NCBI GenBank assembly: GCA_038245295.1
Contig: JBBRSP010000007.1
Location: 180,788 to 244,787 of the forward strand
Reading direction: 5' to 3'
Length of the DNA stretch: 64,000 nucleotides
From: Candidatus Binatia bacterium
Lineage (GTDB): Bacteria; Desulfobacterota; Binatia; HRBIN30
Within the stretch, counting starts at the first letter, position 1; each line of letters starts with the position of its first letter. This document shows, one piece after another, positions 51,649 to 62,900 of the stretch. The notes beneath the pieces are model-generated. The model was not told the origin of the DNA. It was given only the letters and a program-made list of their open reading frames with translations, and made no database searches. Made by a program: the position numbers and the translations under genes.

Positions 51649-52326
51649 ATGCCAGCGCCCGTGTCGATTCGAGCGTTGAACGAAATCGAAGCCAAGCAGC
51701 TTCTGGCGCAGGCCGGCGTGCGCGTTGTTCCCACCGAGTTGGCGCGCACACCCGACCAGGCCGTCGCCGTGTGCGAGCGTCTCGGCCTCCCCGCGGCGAT
51801 GAAGATCGTCTCACCCGACGTCATCCACAAATCCGATGTCGGCGGCGTGCGCCTCGACTTGAGCAGCCCAAACGAGGTGGCCACCGCCTACCGCGAAATG
51901 ATGGCCCAGGTAAGCCATCGCTTGCCGCGGGCTCGCATCGACGGTGTCGCGATGCAGCCGATGGCCGAATCCGGCGGCGTCGAGGTGATCGTCGGTGTCA
52001 GCGTCGATCCGCAATTTGGCCATGTTGTCATGTGCGGCCTCGGCGGAATCCTGGTGGAAGTCCTGCACGACGTCAGCTTTCGCCTGTTGCCCGTTGATCG
52101 GCGCGAAGCCTGCCGCATGCTGACCGAATTACGCGGTGCCGCGGTTCTGCACGGCATCCGCGGCAAGGCGGCCGTCAACATCGAGGCGCTGGCCGATCTC
52201 ATCGTCGCCGTCTCGAACCTCGTCTTCGCCCGCACCGAGATTCGTGAAATCGACCTGAATCCAATCCTGGCCTACGCCGACGGTGCCGTTGCCGTTGATG
52301 CGCGTGTCCTTCTCGAGGAACCGTGA
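51649..52326 (+). CDS. ADP-forming acyl-CoA synthetase, ATP-grasp (beta) subunit
   Basis: KIVSPDVIHKSDVGGV, DPQFG.VVM.GLGG, EIDLNP, VDAR. Confidence 0.92.
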   Translation: MPAPVSIRALNEIEAKQLLAQAGVRVVPTELARTPDQAVAVCERLGLPAAMKIVSPDVIHKSDVGGVRLDLSSPNEVATAYREMMAQVSHRLPRARIDGVAMQPMAESGGVEVIVGVSVDPQFGHVVMCGLGGILVEVLHDVSFRLLPVDRREACRMLTELRGAAVLHGIRGKAAVNIEALADLIVAVSNLVFARTEIREIDLNPILAYADGAVAVDARVLLEEP

Positions 52327-53771
52327 TGAGTCGCTGGCGAACCGCCCTGGAGCGCGCCTTCGAGGCACAGACCGTTGCCGTTGTCGGCGACAAGATGATG
52401 AACGGCTTTCTGTGGCTGCGGGCGCTGCAGAACTTCAGCGGCAAGCTCTACTCGGTGCAGATCGACCCGAACGAGATTCCGGCCATCGAAGCCCTCGGCG
52501 TGCTAAATGTCCTCAGCCTCGACGCCATTCCCGAGCCGATCGATTACGTGATCGTCGCCGTGCCGCGCACGGTCGCGCCGCGCGTCGTTGCCGATTGTGG
52601 TCGTCTGCACGTTGGTGCCGCCATGTTGTTCACCGCCGGGTTCTCCGAAACCGGCGATCCCGAGGGGTTGCGCCTCGAGCAAGAGATCGGGCGAATCGCC
52701 GCGCAGAACGGCCTGCTGATCGTCGGGCCCAATTGCATGGGACTCGCGAATCCGAGTCGTGGGCTGTGTAACTTCCCCGGCCAGAATACCGGGGCCGCGG
52801 CGGCGGGCCCCTGCGGCTTCTTCGGACAAAGCGGGACACATACCATCACGTCGATCTTGCGGGCTCCCGTCGAAGGTGTCGGCATCAGCAAAGCGGTCAG
52901 CTTCGGAAATGCCATCGTTGCCGACGCCGTAGACTACCTCGACTATCTCGCCCACGACGACGAGACAAAAGTCATCGCCGGTTACGTCGAGGGTGTGCGA
53001 CGCGGCCGCGAATTCTTCGAAACCCTGCGCGCCACGACTCCGCACAAGCCGGTCGTTTTGTGGAAGGGCGGCCTCACCGAAGCCGGCCAACGCGCCATCT
53101 TCTCGCACACCGCCGCCTTGGCGACACCGGAGGCAGTGTGGACCGGCATGCTGCGCCAGGCCGGCGCCATCGGCGTCGATTCACAGGACGAACTGTTCGA
53201 CGTAACGCGAGTCCTGCTTGCCGACATGCCCGCACAGGGCATCGGCGCAGGCTTGATCGCCATGACCGGCGGCCCGTCCGTAGCCCTTACGGACGCCTTC
53301 TGTCGCGCCGGCCTGCGAGTTCCGCTACTATCCGATGAGTCGTACAAGACCTTGAGTGAGTTCTTCCAGGTCGTCGGCGGCAGCTTCCGCAATCCGCTCG
53401 ACGCCGGCGGCACGATCGCCATGGGATTGCGTAGCGACAACCTCGGCCGCCTGCTCGACGTGCTCAACACCGACACGGCGATCGACCTCGTCACCGTCGA
53501 TCTCGGCCTCGGCTTGGCGATCGATCGCTGGCTCGAATACCCGCAGCTCGCCGCGGCCCTCACCGACATCCTCGAGGACTACTCCAGGCGCCGCATCAAG
53601 CCCTTGTCTGTGATCGCCGATGCGCCGCAACGTCCGGTCGAGTCGGCGCGCCTGCGTGACGACTTGCGCCGTCGCGGTGTGCTAACCTTTGCCTCGGCGC
53701 CGCGGGCGGCGCGGGCGCTGCGCCTTACCACCGACTACTACACCTGGCGCCACGAGGCGGCAGGGCTGTAA
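52326..53771 (+). CDS. ADP-forming acyl-CoA synthetase, CoA-binding (alpha) subunit
   Basis: AGFSE.G, GPNCMG, QSG, VS.GN, SHTAAL phospho-His; TGATG coupling to the beta subunit. Confidence 0.9.
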   Translation: MSRWRTALERAFEAQTVAVVGDKMMNGFLWLRALQNFSGKLYSVQIDPNEIPAIEALGVLNVLSLDAIPEPIDYVIVAVPRTVAPRVVADCGRLHVGAAMLFTAGFSETGDPEGLRLEQEIGRIAAQNGLLIVGPNCMGLANPSRGLCNFPGQNTGAAAAGPCGFFGQSGTHTITSILRAPVEGVGISKAVSFGNAIVADAVDYLDYLAHDDETKVIAGYVEGVRRGREFFETLRATTPHKPVVLWKGGLTEAGQRAIFSHTAALATPEAVWTGMLRQAGAIGVDSQDELFDVTRVLLADMPAQGIGAGLIAMTGGPSVALTDAFCRAGLRVPLLSDESYKTLSEFFQVVGGSFRNPLDAGGTIAMGLRSDNLGRLLDVLNTDTAIDLVTVDLGLGLAIDRWLEYPQLAAALTDILEDYSRRRIKPLSVIADAPQRPVESARLRDDLRRRGVLTFASAPRAARALRLTTDYYTWRHEAAGL

Positions 53772-53776
53772 CGGCC

Positions 53777-55276
53777 ATGCCGCGGCGGGCCCTCGCGACA
53801 ATTGCCATCCTCGCCCTCGCGTTGGCTCTGCGCTTTGCGTTCATCGATTGGGGCGCGCCGTTTACGTACCATCCCGACGAACACTACCTGGTCCAACCGG
53901 CAACGACGATCGTTGCCAGCGGCGACCTCAATCCGCACTGGTTCGGCTATCCGTCCCTGTTGATTTACGTCGAGGCGCTTCTGGTGAAGGCCGTCCATGC
54001 GGCGGTTGGAACGCCGCTCGAGCTCGGGCCGCTGAACGGACTTGGCCCGTGGGACATTCACCCGGCACAGTGGAAATTCGTCTGGGCCGGGCGCTGCGCT
54101 AGCGCTCTACTCGGTGGGTTGGGTGTCTGGTTGGTCATCCTTGCGGCGCGTCGCCTCGGCGGTTCAGCCGCTGGGTATCTGGCCGGACTCATCGTGGCGG
54201 TGTCGCCGTTGTGCGTCGAGAATTCCCACTACCTCACGACCGACGTCGCCGCAGCGACACTGATGACACTGGCGCTGCTGTTGACTCAGGATCGCCGCTT
54301 GTCGGGTGCCGCGCTCGTTGCCGGTCTTGCGGCATCAACCAAGTACACGGCCGGCATCATCCTCGTTGTCCCGCTTGGTGCCGCCGTTGTCGCGGCGGTT
54401 CGCAGCAATGGCGCGGGCGTCGCCGTGCTACTGCGCAGCCTGGCTCTCGTACTTGCCGCAGCGGCCTTCGGTTTCGCCGTGGCAACACCGTACGCCTTGC
54501 TGGAGCGCGGCGCGTGGTGGGCCGACGTCGTGGCCCAGCGGCAACACTACCTCAATGCACCGGCCGGAGATTCGTTGGCGTTCTACCTTCGAACAATTGT
54601 CGCTCGCGGTCTAACCTGGCCTGTCGCGATCCTACTGCCGGTGGCGTTGGTTGGAGCCATGGGCGATCGCACCAAGCGTGCCGACTTTGGCGTCGTGCTG
54701 CTCACGAGCCTACTCTATCTGGCGATCCTGGCCGTCTACCCGCAACACTACGAACGCAACGCAGTACTGGTGATTCCCCTGCTTGCCGTGTTTACCGGCG
54801 GCGCTGTCGGCGGCTTGGCCCACCGCTTGGCGCCGCGCTGGGAGAGTGCGGTCGTGGCCACGGCGATGCTGTTGTTGCTGCCGGCGCTGGTCGACTCCAT
54901 GCGCTTCGTGCGCCAGCTTGCTTTGCCGGACAATCGCACCGTGGCGTATCGTTGGATCCTCGATCACGTGCCCACCGATAAACGGCTGGCGCGCGAGGAG
55001 TACACACCGATCCTCGCCGGAGGGCCGTATGACACGCGTTTCCAATGGTCCCTCGGGTTTCAAGACTATGGTTGGTATCTCAACGAACGCATCGACTACC
55101 TCGTGATGAGCTCACACGTTTACACGCGTCTCATGTTGCCACCGTATCCGGCCGGCGCCGCCGTGGCGCAGTTCTACGAGACGATCTTCGCACAGCTACC
55201 ATTGGCGATTGAATTCACCGAAGGGGAACAGCGGCGCGGCCCGACGATCCGCATCTACGAAGTGCCGCACGTCTAG
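53777..55276 (+). CDS. GT-C (ArnT/PMT-like, family 39-like) membrane glycosyltransferase
   Basis: HPDE, LNP.WF.YP, SHY..TD, GLA.STKY; multiple TM segments. Confidence 0.85.
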   Translation: MPRRALATIAILALALALRFAFIDWGAPFTYHPDEHYLVQPATTIVASGDLNPHWFGYPSLLIYVEALLVKAVHAAVGTPLELGPLNGLGPWDIHPAQWKFVWAGRCASALLGGLGVWLVILAARRLGGSAAGYLAGLIVAVSPLCVENSHYLTTDVAAATLMTLALLLTQDRRLSGAALVAGLAASTKYTAGIILVVPLGAAVVAAVRSNGAGVAVLLRSLALVLAAAAFGFAVATPYALLERGAWWADVVAQRQHYLNAPAGDSLAFYLRTIVARGLTWPVAILLPVALVGAMGDRTKRADFGVVLLTSLLYLAILAVYPQHYERNAVLVIPLLAVFTGGAVGGLAHRLAPRWESAVVATAMLLLLPALVDSMRFVRQLALPDNRTVAYRWILDHVPTDKRLAREEYTPILAGGPYDTRFQWSLGFQDYGWYLNERIDYLVMSSHVYTRLMLPPYPAGAAVAQFYETIFAQLPLAIEFTEGEQRRGPTIRIYEVPHV

Positions 55277-55282
55277 ACTCGA

Positions 55283-55606
55283 CTACTTATGCACGCTGCA
55301 GACGACGTGTGAACCTGCCACGTCATAGGTGCCGTGTTCCGGGCATGCCGGGATGAAGATGCCGGCGCCCTTGAGAGCGTCGAGCGACGGCTCCTCGGTA
55401 TGATCCACCTTCCAAATGTCGATATCACGTTCGATTTGCTGGCGTTGTATCTTACAGGCCACGTCGCGCGTGTTCTCGATCGCCACAGGGCCGCCGCGCT
55501 TGCCGCGGAAGTCAGGCATTCCAACGTATCCAAGGTAGAGTGTGCCGAGGATCACCATCGCCATCAGCAGAGAAATCATGGCGTTGCCGCGCTCGGAATG
55601 AAGCAT
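55283..55606 (-). CDS. Small pilin/pseudopilin-like protein
   Basis: SERG followed by a hydrophobic helix NAMISLLMAMVILG; C-terminal CPEHGTY...VVCSVH. Confidence 0.6.
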   Translation of the reverse strand: MLHSERGNAMISLLMAMVILGTLYLGYVGMPDFRGKRGGPVAIENTRDVACKIQRQQIERDIDIWKVDHTEEPSLDALKGAGIFIPACPEHGTYDVAGSHVVCSVHK

Positions 55607-55837
55607 GCTCGTGTCCTCCTGCCTGCCTCCGTCGAGAGAGCACTTCGGGCGCGCCTTCGCAATGACTTGCGCGGCGGATACTCCGTGTAACACCATCGGA
55701 TCGGCGGGCGGTCCGCGAACCGCCCCTACGAGATCGGCCGCGCCCCGACTTGGTTCCAAACCCTGCACCCCGCACCCCGAACCCTCCACTTTCAGAGTGG
55801 AAACATTGCCCGTCGGCGGACGCTGGTGGTAGCGCTG

Positions 55838-56575
55838 GTGGACGTGTCCCCGATCGAGATTCCCATCCTCTATCGCGACGAGCATTATGTCGTGGTCCAC
55901 AAGCCATCCGGCTTGCTCGTGCATCGCACCGCAATCGATGCCCATGCCGGGCGGCCGCTGCTGCAGATTCTGCGCGACCAGATCGGCCGCCATGTCTATC
56001 CGGTGCATCGTCTCGACAAAGGGACCTCCGGAGTCATCGCCCTGGCCCTACACAGCGAAGCGGCCGATCGTCTCGCACTGGCGTTTCGCGAGGAGCGCGT
56101 CACCAAGCGCTATGTGGCGATCGTGCGCGGCTATGCTCCCGAGCAAATGCTCGTCGATTGGCCGTTGCGCGACGCCATCGACCCGCAGCGCACGGCGGCG
56201 CGCCCGGCATGCACCGACGTGCGACGGCTCGCCAGCGTCGAACTCGCCCATGCGGTCGGCCGCTACGCGACGGCGCGTTACTCGCTGGTGGCGTGTGTGC
56301 CGCACAGCGGTCGCCAGCATCAGATCCGCCGCCACCTCAAACATCTGCGCCATCCGGTGATCGGCGACGCCAACTACGGCGACCTGGCGCACAATCGTTT
56401 CTTCCGCAACACCTTGGGCGTTGGGCGCCTGTTGCTGGCGGCGACCGAGCTAGCCTTCGAACATCCGTACGACCGGCCAGCGGTACGGGTCGTCGCGCCA
56501 GTCGACGACACATTCGCCGCCGCCTGCAATGCTCTAGGCTGGCGGGAAGATGTTGCCTCGCCGCCATACCCGTGA
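55838..56575 (+). CDS. truC: tRNA pseudouridine(65) synthase TruC (RluA family)
   Basis: KPSGLLVH, VHRLDKGTSG, GRQHQIRRHLKH..HP.IGD..YGD; start uncertain. Confidence 0.88.
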   Translation: MDVSPIEIPILYRDEHYVVVHKPSGLLVHRTAIDAHAGRPLLQILRDQIGRHVYPVHRLDKGTSGVIALALHSEAADRLALAFREERVTKRYVAIVRGYAPEQMLVDWPLRDAIDPQRTAARPACTDVRRLASVELAHAVGRYATARYSLVACVPHSGRQHQIRRHLKHLRHPVIGDANYGDLAHNRFFRNTLGVGRLLLAATELAFEHPYDRPAVRVVAPVDDTFAAACNALGWREDVASPPYP

Positions 56576-56679
56576 TCGACACCTTCACCGAGAACTATTG
56601 ACCAGTCCCAAGCGCTGGCTTGCACAACGCGCCCGAGGCAGTTGCAAGCACGCAAGCTTGATGTCTTGTTGAGCGTCGA

Positions 56680-59600
56680 ATGCGCGGCGAGGTCATCTTC
56701 TCAGGAGGCATTGATTGGGTTGCGCGCTGGCTCGCCGCGCGCCCGACGGCGCCAGCGTTGGCCCAAGCGACCGTGCTGGTGCCTTCCGAGCGCCACGCCC
56801 ACGCGATACGGCGGCGCCTCTGCCATGAGCTCGGTCGGCCCGATCATGTGGCCGGTGTACACCTGCGTCGCCCCATCGATCTGGCCGCCGACATTCTCCT
56901 GCTGGCTGGCCACGAGGTTGTCGCGAACGTCGCCGAACAGCGTACCCTGCGCTTACATGCCCTTTTCGAATCGGCTGACTTGCCGCTCGCCTACTTCGAA
57001 ATGCGCCAATTGCGTTCCGGCCACGGTTACGTCGCCGCCTTCGCCCACGCGATCGCCGAGTTGGAAGCATCGGGGGTTCGGCCGCCGATGCTGGAGCGGA
57101 TCGCCACCACCATGCAGTCGACCGGCCCTGGCGCGGCGGCACGTCTCACCGACCTGGCCACCGTCTGGCGCCGTGCCAACGGCGGCTCTGATTCATCCGA
57201 TACACCAACCAGTATTCTGATGGCCGCTGCGGCTTGTTTGCGTGATGCGCCGCACCTCGCCGAGCGTTTCGCGCCGTTTTGTGTGTTGCTGGTAAGCTCG
57301 CCCACGGTTGCCCTCCTCGAGTTTCTCGCCGCGCTACCCGACGTCGACCTTGCTTTCGTCGATGCCCGGCCGATGCGCACGAACACGCAGCGCTGGCGCG
57401 CCGCCGTCGACTGGACGCAACCGAGAACGCCGACAACCGCAAGCGCGGAAAGCGAACTGAAACTGGTGCAACGCTACCTGTTCGAGTTGCCGGAGGTGTT
57501 GACCGATCCGCAACGGCAGCGCTCGAACGGTCCGGATGGGACGGTCGACCTGGAAGAATACGCCAGTGTCGAGGAAGAGATCGAGGCCGCCGCGTTGTGG
57601 GTCATCGAGCAGATTCACGCGGGCGTGCCGCTGCAAGAGATCGCCGTGGTGACACCAGACACCGATGCGTATGCCGGGCGTCTGGCCGATCGCCTGACAC
57701 GCTTGGCGCCGACTCCGGTTCCGGTGTGTATTGCGGGCGGGCAACGGCTGGCGCAGTTACCTGCCGGCATGCGGATGCGCGTCGTGCTCGAGCCGCTGCA
57801 CCAGGGCCTCGACGCGGCAACGACCAAACGTCTGCTACCGGCGCTGCGGCGCGGCAAGAGCGACGATCCACGCGCCCTATTGCGCCTTTCTCCGACGCGC
57901 GCCGCCGAGATTGTCTTCAGCACGGGCATCGCCGGTGGTGCGCACGCGCCGCACGAGTGGGGCGAACGCTTTCGCAATCGGCTGCAGGCGGTGCGCCAGC
58001 GCCTGGCCGACGACGACACGTCGGGCTCGAAACGTAATCATCTGATCCGTCGCCAAGACGCCGAGCGCTGGCTGCGTGATGTCGAGCCGGTGCTACCTGC
58101 GATCGCTGCCTTCGAAGCAGTCGCCACCGCTGTCGAGCGGGAAGAACCCTTGAGCACGCTGTGGCCCTTGGTGCGCGATTTCCTCAAGCAGTGGCTGCGT
58201 ATTCCTGCCGAGCCGGCAAATGCCGTGGCGTTGCTGGATGAGGTCTTGGCACCACTGGCTGCCGAGTCGGCGGCGCAGCAGATCCGCGGGCGTCACGCCA
58301 TCGAGCTGATCGGCCAGACCATCGATCGCACACGCTTCCAGGCTGTGCGCTTCGGCGAGCCGGCAATCTTCGTCGGCGCCGCCACCGATGCCGCCGGCTT
58401 GCCCTTTCGACGCGTCCGCTGCCTGGGCCTGGTCGAAGGCGGTTGGCCGCAGACGCCTCACGACGATCCGATTATCGCCGATTCGTTGCGCGTGATGATC
58501 GAAGCGGGAGCTGCGGGCGAAGGCGTCATCGTTCCACGTCTTGCCGACAAGGTACTGGAAGAACTGCACCTGATCGGACGAATCATCGCCGACACCGCCG
58601 AGGCGGTATCGTTCTCCCTGCCGCGGCAGTGGGTCGACCGCTCCGAACGTGAAGTGTCGGGTATCCTGCTCGAGGTGGCAACGGCGCTCGGGCGCCCGAG
58701 CGTCGACGGGTCGCGCGAGGGGGATGTGCCCGCCGCGGCTCAGCTGCGTTCGTCTTACCTGACCCTGGGGCGTTTGGCGCGCCAGCAGACGGCCCGCGCC
58801 GCAGCGCTGACGCCGCGTTCCTGTCTGGCCTTGCCGCGGCGCTGCAGCGACGGCTCGCTCCTTGTGCCGAATGCCTGGATCGACGCGGCGAGCACATCGA
58901 TCGAACGCACGCGTGCCTTACTGGCCGGTGTCGCCTCGGAGACATGGGGCGTGGTCGATGGGGATCTCGGTGGGGCGAGCGCGGTGCTGGTCGCGCCGGG
59001 CTTGTCGGTGCAGCACCCGACGTCGGCCTCGGCGCTCAATCTCTTGCTGACCTGCCCGCATCGCTTCCTGCTCGAGCGCATCCTTCATTGGAAGGCGCCC
59101 GGTTATGCGCCGCCCACCGACATGATCGAACCCGCCGACTACGGCACGCTGTTCCATGCCGCGGCAGAGGTGTTGTACGGCGAAGGCGGGTCGGAGATCT
59201 GTCGCGGCGTCAACGTCGAGCACTGGCGGCGCCGCGCCGCCGAGATCGGCAACCATCTTCTCGACGAGTTTCTTGCCACATATCCGCTGCGCGGCGTCGA
59301 CACGATTGCCCGTGAACGCCAACGCCTGGCCTCGCATCTACAGGCGCTGGTGCGCTTCGAAGCCGCCGGGCCGCCGCGCCAGTTTCTCGCCGCCGAGTTG
59401 CGCTTCGGCGAGCCCGAGGCGGTGGCTCTCGATGCCGAAGGGGATCCTATCTTCGTGCGCGGCGCCATCGATCGCGTCGATCGTTTGGACGACGTCGGGT
59501 TGATCGTGCGCGATCTCAAGACGGGTCGTCTCACCGACCGCAGCGAGAGGCCCGATGCGGCACGCGATCTGCAGATCGGCGTCTACACATTGGTTCTCGA

Positions 59601-59931
59601 CACCCTTGGCTATGGTGACGTGCCGGTTGCCATCGCCGGCTACTTGCACCCGTCACCGGCCGGCATCGTCGAACGTCAGTTCAACGGCTCGTACGCCGAC
59701 GTGCTGCGCAAGTGGACACGCGCCTGGTTGCGCGTCGCGCGCGGTATTCTCGCCGAAGCGAAATTCCCGCGCACATCGAACCCCGACGACTGCCGCTTCT
59801 GCCCGTTCGTTCCGGTCTGCGGTGAAGGGGCGCAGGAGCGCAGTAAGGCCAAACTGACGCGTGTGGCCCATACCGACGTGTTGCACCCATTCGCGCGATT
59901 CAAACAGTGGCAGGTGGATCGTGGCGCCTAG
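56680..59931 (+). CDS. addB: AddB/RexB-like PD-(D/E)XK nuclease subunit with Fe-S cluster cysteines
   Basis: SASAL...CPHRF, GTLFH, E.RFG, RGAIDRVD, DLKTG, LQ..VY, CRFCPFVPVC. Confidence 0.85.
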   Translation: MRGEVIFSGGIDWVARWLAARPTAPALAQATVLVPSERHAHAIRRRLCHELGRPDHVAGVHLRRPIDLAADILLLAGHEVVANVAEQRTLRLHALFESADLPLAYFEMRQLRSGHGYVAAFAHAIAELEASGVRPPMLERIATTMQSTGPGAAARLTDLATVWRRANGGSDSSDTPTSILMAAAACLRDAPHLAERFAPFCVLLVSSPTVALLEFLAALPDVDLAFVDARPMRTNTQRWRAAVDWTQPRTPTTASAESELKLVQRYLFELPEVLTDPQRQRSNGPDGTVDLEEYASVEEEIEAAALWVIEQIHAGVPLQEIAVVTPDTDAYAGRLADRLTRLAPTPVPVCIAGGQRLAQLPAGMRMRVVLEPLHQGLDAATTKRLLPALRRGKSDDPRALLRLSPTRAAEIVFSTGIAGGAHAPHEWGERFRNRLQAVRQRLADDDTSGSKRNHLIRRQDAERWLRDVEPVLPAIAAFEAVATAVEREEPLSTLWPLVRDFLKQWLRIPAEPANAVALLDEVLAPLAAESAAQQIRGRHAIELIGQTIDRTRFQAVRFGEPAIFVGAATDAAGLPFRRVRCLGLVEGGWPQTPHDDPIIADSLRVMIEAGAAGEGVIVPRLADKVLEELHLIGRIIADTAEAVSFSLPRQWVDRSEREVSGILLEVATALGRPSVDGSREGDVPAAAQLRSSYLTLGRLARQQTARAAALTPRSCLALPRRCSDGSLLVPNAWIDAASTSIERTRALLAGVASETWGVVDGDLGGASAVLVAPGLSVQHPTSASALNLLLTCPHRFLLERILHWKAPGYAPPTDMIEPADYGTLFHAAAEVLYGEGGSEICRGVNVEHWRRRAAEIGNHLLDEFLATYPLRGVDTIARERQRLASHLQALVRFEAAGPPRQFLAAELRFGEPEAVALDAEGDPIFVRGAIDRVDRLDDVGLIVRDLKTGRLTDRSERPDAARDLQIGVYTLVLDTLGYGDVPVAIAGYLHPSPAGIVERQFNGSYADVLRKWTRAWLRVARGILAEAKFPRTSNPDDCRFCPFVPVCGEGAQERSKAKLTRVAHTDVLHPFARFKQWQVDRGA

Positions 59932-62900
59932 TATCGACGACGACGCACGCCGGCGCATCGTTTACGAACAGGGACGCAACGTGTTCGTCGTCGCCGGGGC
60001 GGGCACCGGCAAGACCAAAACGATCATCGACCGAGCCGTCGAATTGTTGGCGCCAACAACCGGCGCCGCGGCGGTGCCGATCCAACGCATGGCGGTGATC
60101 ACCTTCACGCGCCGCGCCGCCGGCGAGCTGCGGTATCGCATCCGCGAGCATCTGCTGCGGGCCCTCGAAAGTGCAGCGCGAACCCAGGATACCCGAGTGG
60201 TGCAACTGCGCGACGCGCTGGGTAGCCTGGATGCGGCGTTCATCGGGACCATTCACGGATTTGCCGATCGTTTGCTGCGTCTGCGTCCGATCGAAGCGGA
60301 GCTGAGCCCGGCGTACGCATTGGTGGAAGACACGGCCGACCTGATCCGCGAGACGCTGCTGCGCTTGCGCCGCGCTACCGATGTCGAAGCGTTGCGAACG
60401 ACTCTGGGCGACCGCGGCGTTGGCATCGAGGAAGAGCTGCTGACGCAGGCGGTTGAAACACTGCGGGCCGCGTCGCGCGCCGGCATACCAATGGATCGGT
60501 CCGAGTCGGGGTTCGGTCCGGCCGTATCGCTCGAAGTGTTGTTGGCGAGGATGATCGAAACCCGCGATGTACCGATCGCCGCGCCGCCGATTCCCGAGGC
60601 GCGGCTCGACGTGGCGTGCGCCGCGGTGGAGCGGCTGGACGAAATGCTCGCCAAGCTGCGCGGCGCCACACCGGCACACGAGCAACTACGCCGCGCCGGC
60701 ATCGGCTTGCGGCGACTGCACGGCGTCGTTGATCCGGCCGATGCCGTGCGCATCGTGCAAGAGGTGCAGCGCCGTCGCGAGCCCTACAAGCGCGACTTCG
60801 ACGGCGACTCCTGGGCCTGGACCATCGCCAAGGAGATCCGTAGCAGCGAGACGACGCCCGGCTCGATTGCCGACCGACTCAAGGGACCTCACCGTTGGCT
60901 GGCAGTGCGACTGGTGCGCCTGATGCCCGTGGTGCTGGCGATGTACGACAAGGTCAAAGCCGAACATGAAGTCGTCGATTACCTGGACCTACTCATCAAA
61001 CTGCGCGACCTCCTGCGCAACAACCTCGATGCGCGGCGTTTCTACCAGGGCTTGTTCGATCACATCTTCGTCGACGAATTTCAGGATACCGATCCACTGC
61101 AATGCGAAGTGGTCTTCTATCTCTGCGAACAGGGCTGTGCGGCTGGCGATTGGAACGACGTGCAGCTGGCAGCCGGCAAGCTGACGATTGTCGGCGACCC
61201 GAAGCAATCGATCTATCGCTTCCGGCGTGCCGACATCGCCATGTACGGCCAGGCGGCGGAACGCTTGCGCGCGTGTGGTGCCCTGGAAGAGCGGCTCGAG
61301 GTGAACTTCCGCTCGCTGCCGCCGTTGATCGACTTCTTCAATCAGCAGCTGTCACGCGTCATCGGTCGCCACGACAACGACGTTCTCGACGCCCATCGAG
61401 GCATTGCCTTCTACGAAGATCTCGCCGCCGCGGCGCCACCGCCGGAATCGACAAAGGTTGTGCACATCCTGCCGTATGAAGGCACCAACCGCGACGGTGT
61501 GCTCGCCGCGGAGGGGCGCGGCATCGAGGCGGCGATGCTGGCGCGTTATGTGCGATGGCTCCTGCAAACGCAGCACCCGGTGCGTGATCCCGAGACCGGC
61601 AAGAGTCGCCCGGTACGGCCGGGCGACATTGCGGTGTTAGCCTGCGTGACCACCAACCTGCCATTGCTCCTGCGTCAGTTCGACGCCTGGGGCATCGAGT
61701 TCAACGCCCGGGGCGGCACATTGTTCGTTGGCCATCCGGTGATCCGCCAATACCTATTGGCTCTGCGCGCCCTGGCGGATCACGACGACGGCGTTGCTGA
61801 GGCGGCGTTGTTGCGGCCGCCGATCTTTGGTCTCGACTACGAAGACCTGGTGGTGGCGCAGCTCAACAAGGATGAGACCGATCCGCGCCGGGCACGGGTG
61901 TCGGCGGCGCGGGCGATCATCAAGGACCTGCGACAACGCCGACATCAGCGTTCGCCGGGTGCGACGGCGCGCGACCTCATCGAGCGCACGGCGCTCGGCC
62001 GCACCGTCGTGACGGGCGCGAACGGTGCACAGACACTCAACATGCTCTACGAGGTGGCCTCGGAAATTGATCGGCGCGCCGGGCTCGATGGGCTCGACTA
62101 CGACGCGGTGACCGAGATCCTGCGACGTTGGGCGCAGGTGCCGGTGTTCCTCGACTCTCCGGCACCGATCGGCAGCGACGCCGTGCAGGTGATGACCATG
62201 CACGGCGCCAAGGGCCTCGAGTTTCCGGTGGTGATCCTGTGGGACGGCTTCCAGACGTTCAGCGATCGCGGTACGACGGTTTGGCAAGTCGACCGCACGC
62301 GCGGCGAGTGGGCGATGAGCCTGGGGGCGCTTACCATCGAGCACCCACCGGACGCCGGCTTGCTGCAGCGCGAGCGTGGCTTTGGCGAGAACGAGCGGCG
62401 GCGCATGTATTACGTCGCGGCGACACGCGCCCGCGATCTGCTGGTGGTGCCACGCCCGGCAACACGCGGGCAGTTGGAGTATTGCGGCAAGCGCTTGATT
62501 GAAGATGCCGACGCGGAACTGTGCGAGGTCTTCGAGACCTACCAGCCGGGGCGATTTCCGGCGTGGGCCAAAGATCTCGTGCCGCAGGGGACGCCGCACC
62601 TCGTCGGTGACGCGGCACTCGACATTCAACAGACCGCCGCGGAGGAGCGGTTCGCCGGAATGTTCAAGACCTCCGCAACACCCTTTGCGGCGCCGCGCGG
62701 CGTGACGACGGCGGCATTGTCGGTGGAGGACGATGCGGTCGAGCGCCGCGAGAAAGTCCAGAAGGCAGTACGCGGTCGATTCGGCGCGTCGTTCGGCATC
62801 GCCGTGCACCGCTCACTGCAACTCGCCATCAGCTTCGGCGTCGACGTCGATACGGCGGTGACGCGCTGCACGCGGCTGGTCGAGCGCGATACCGGCGAGC

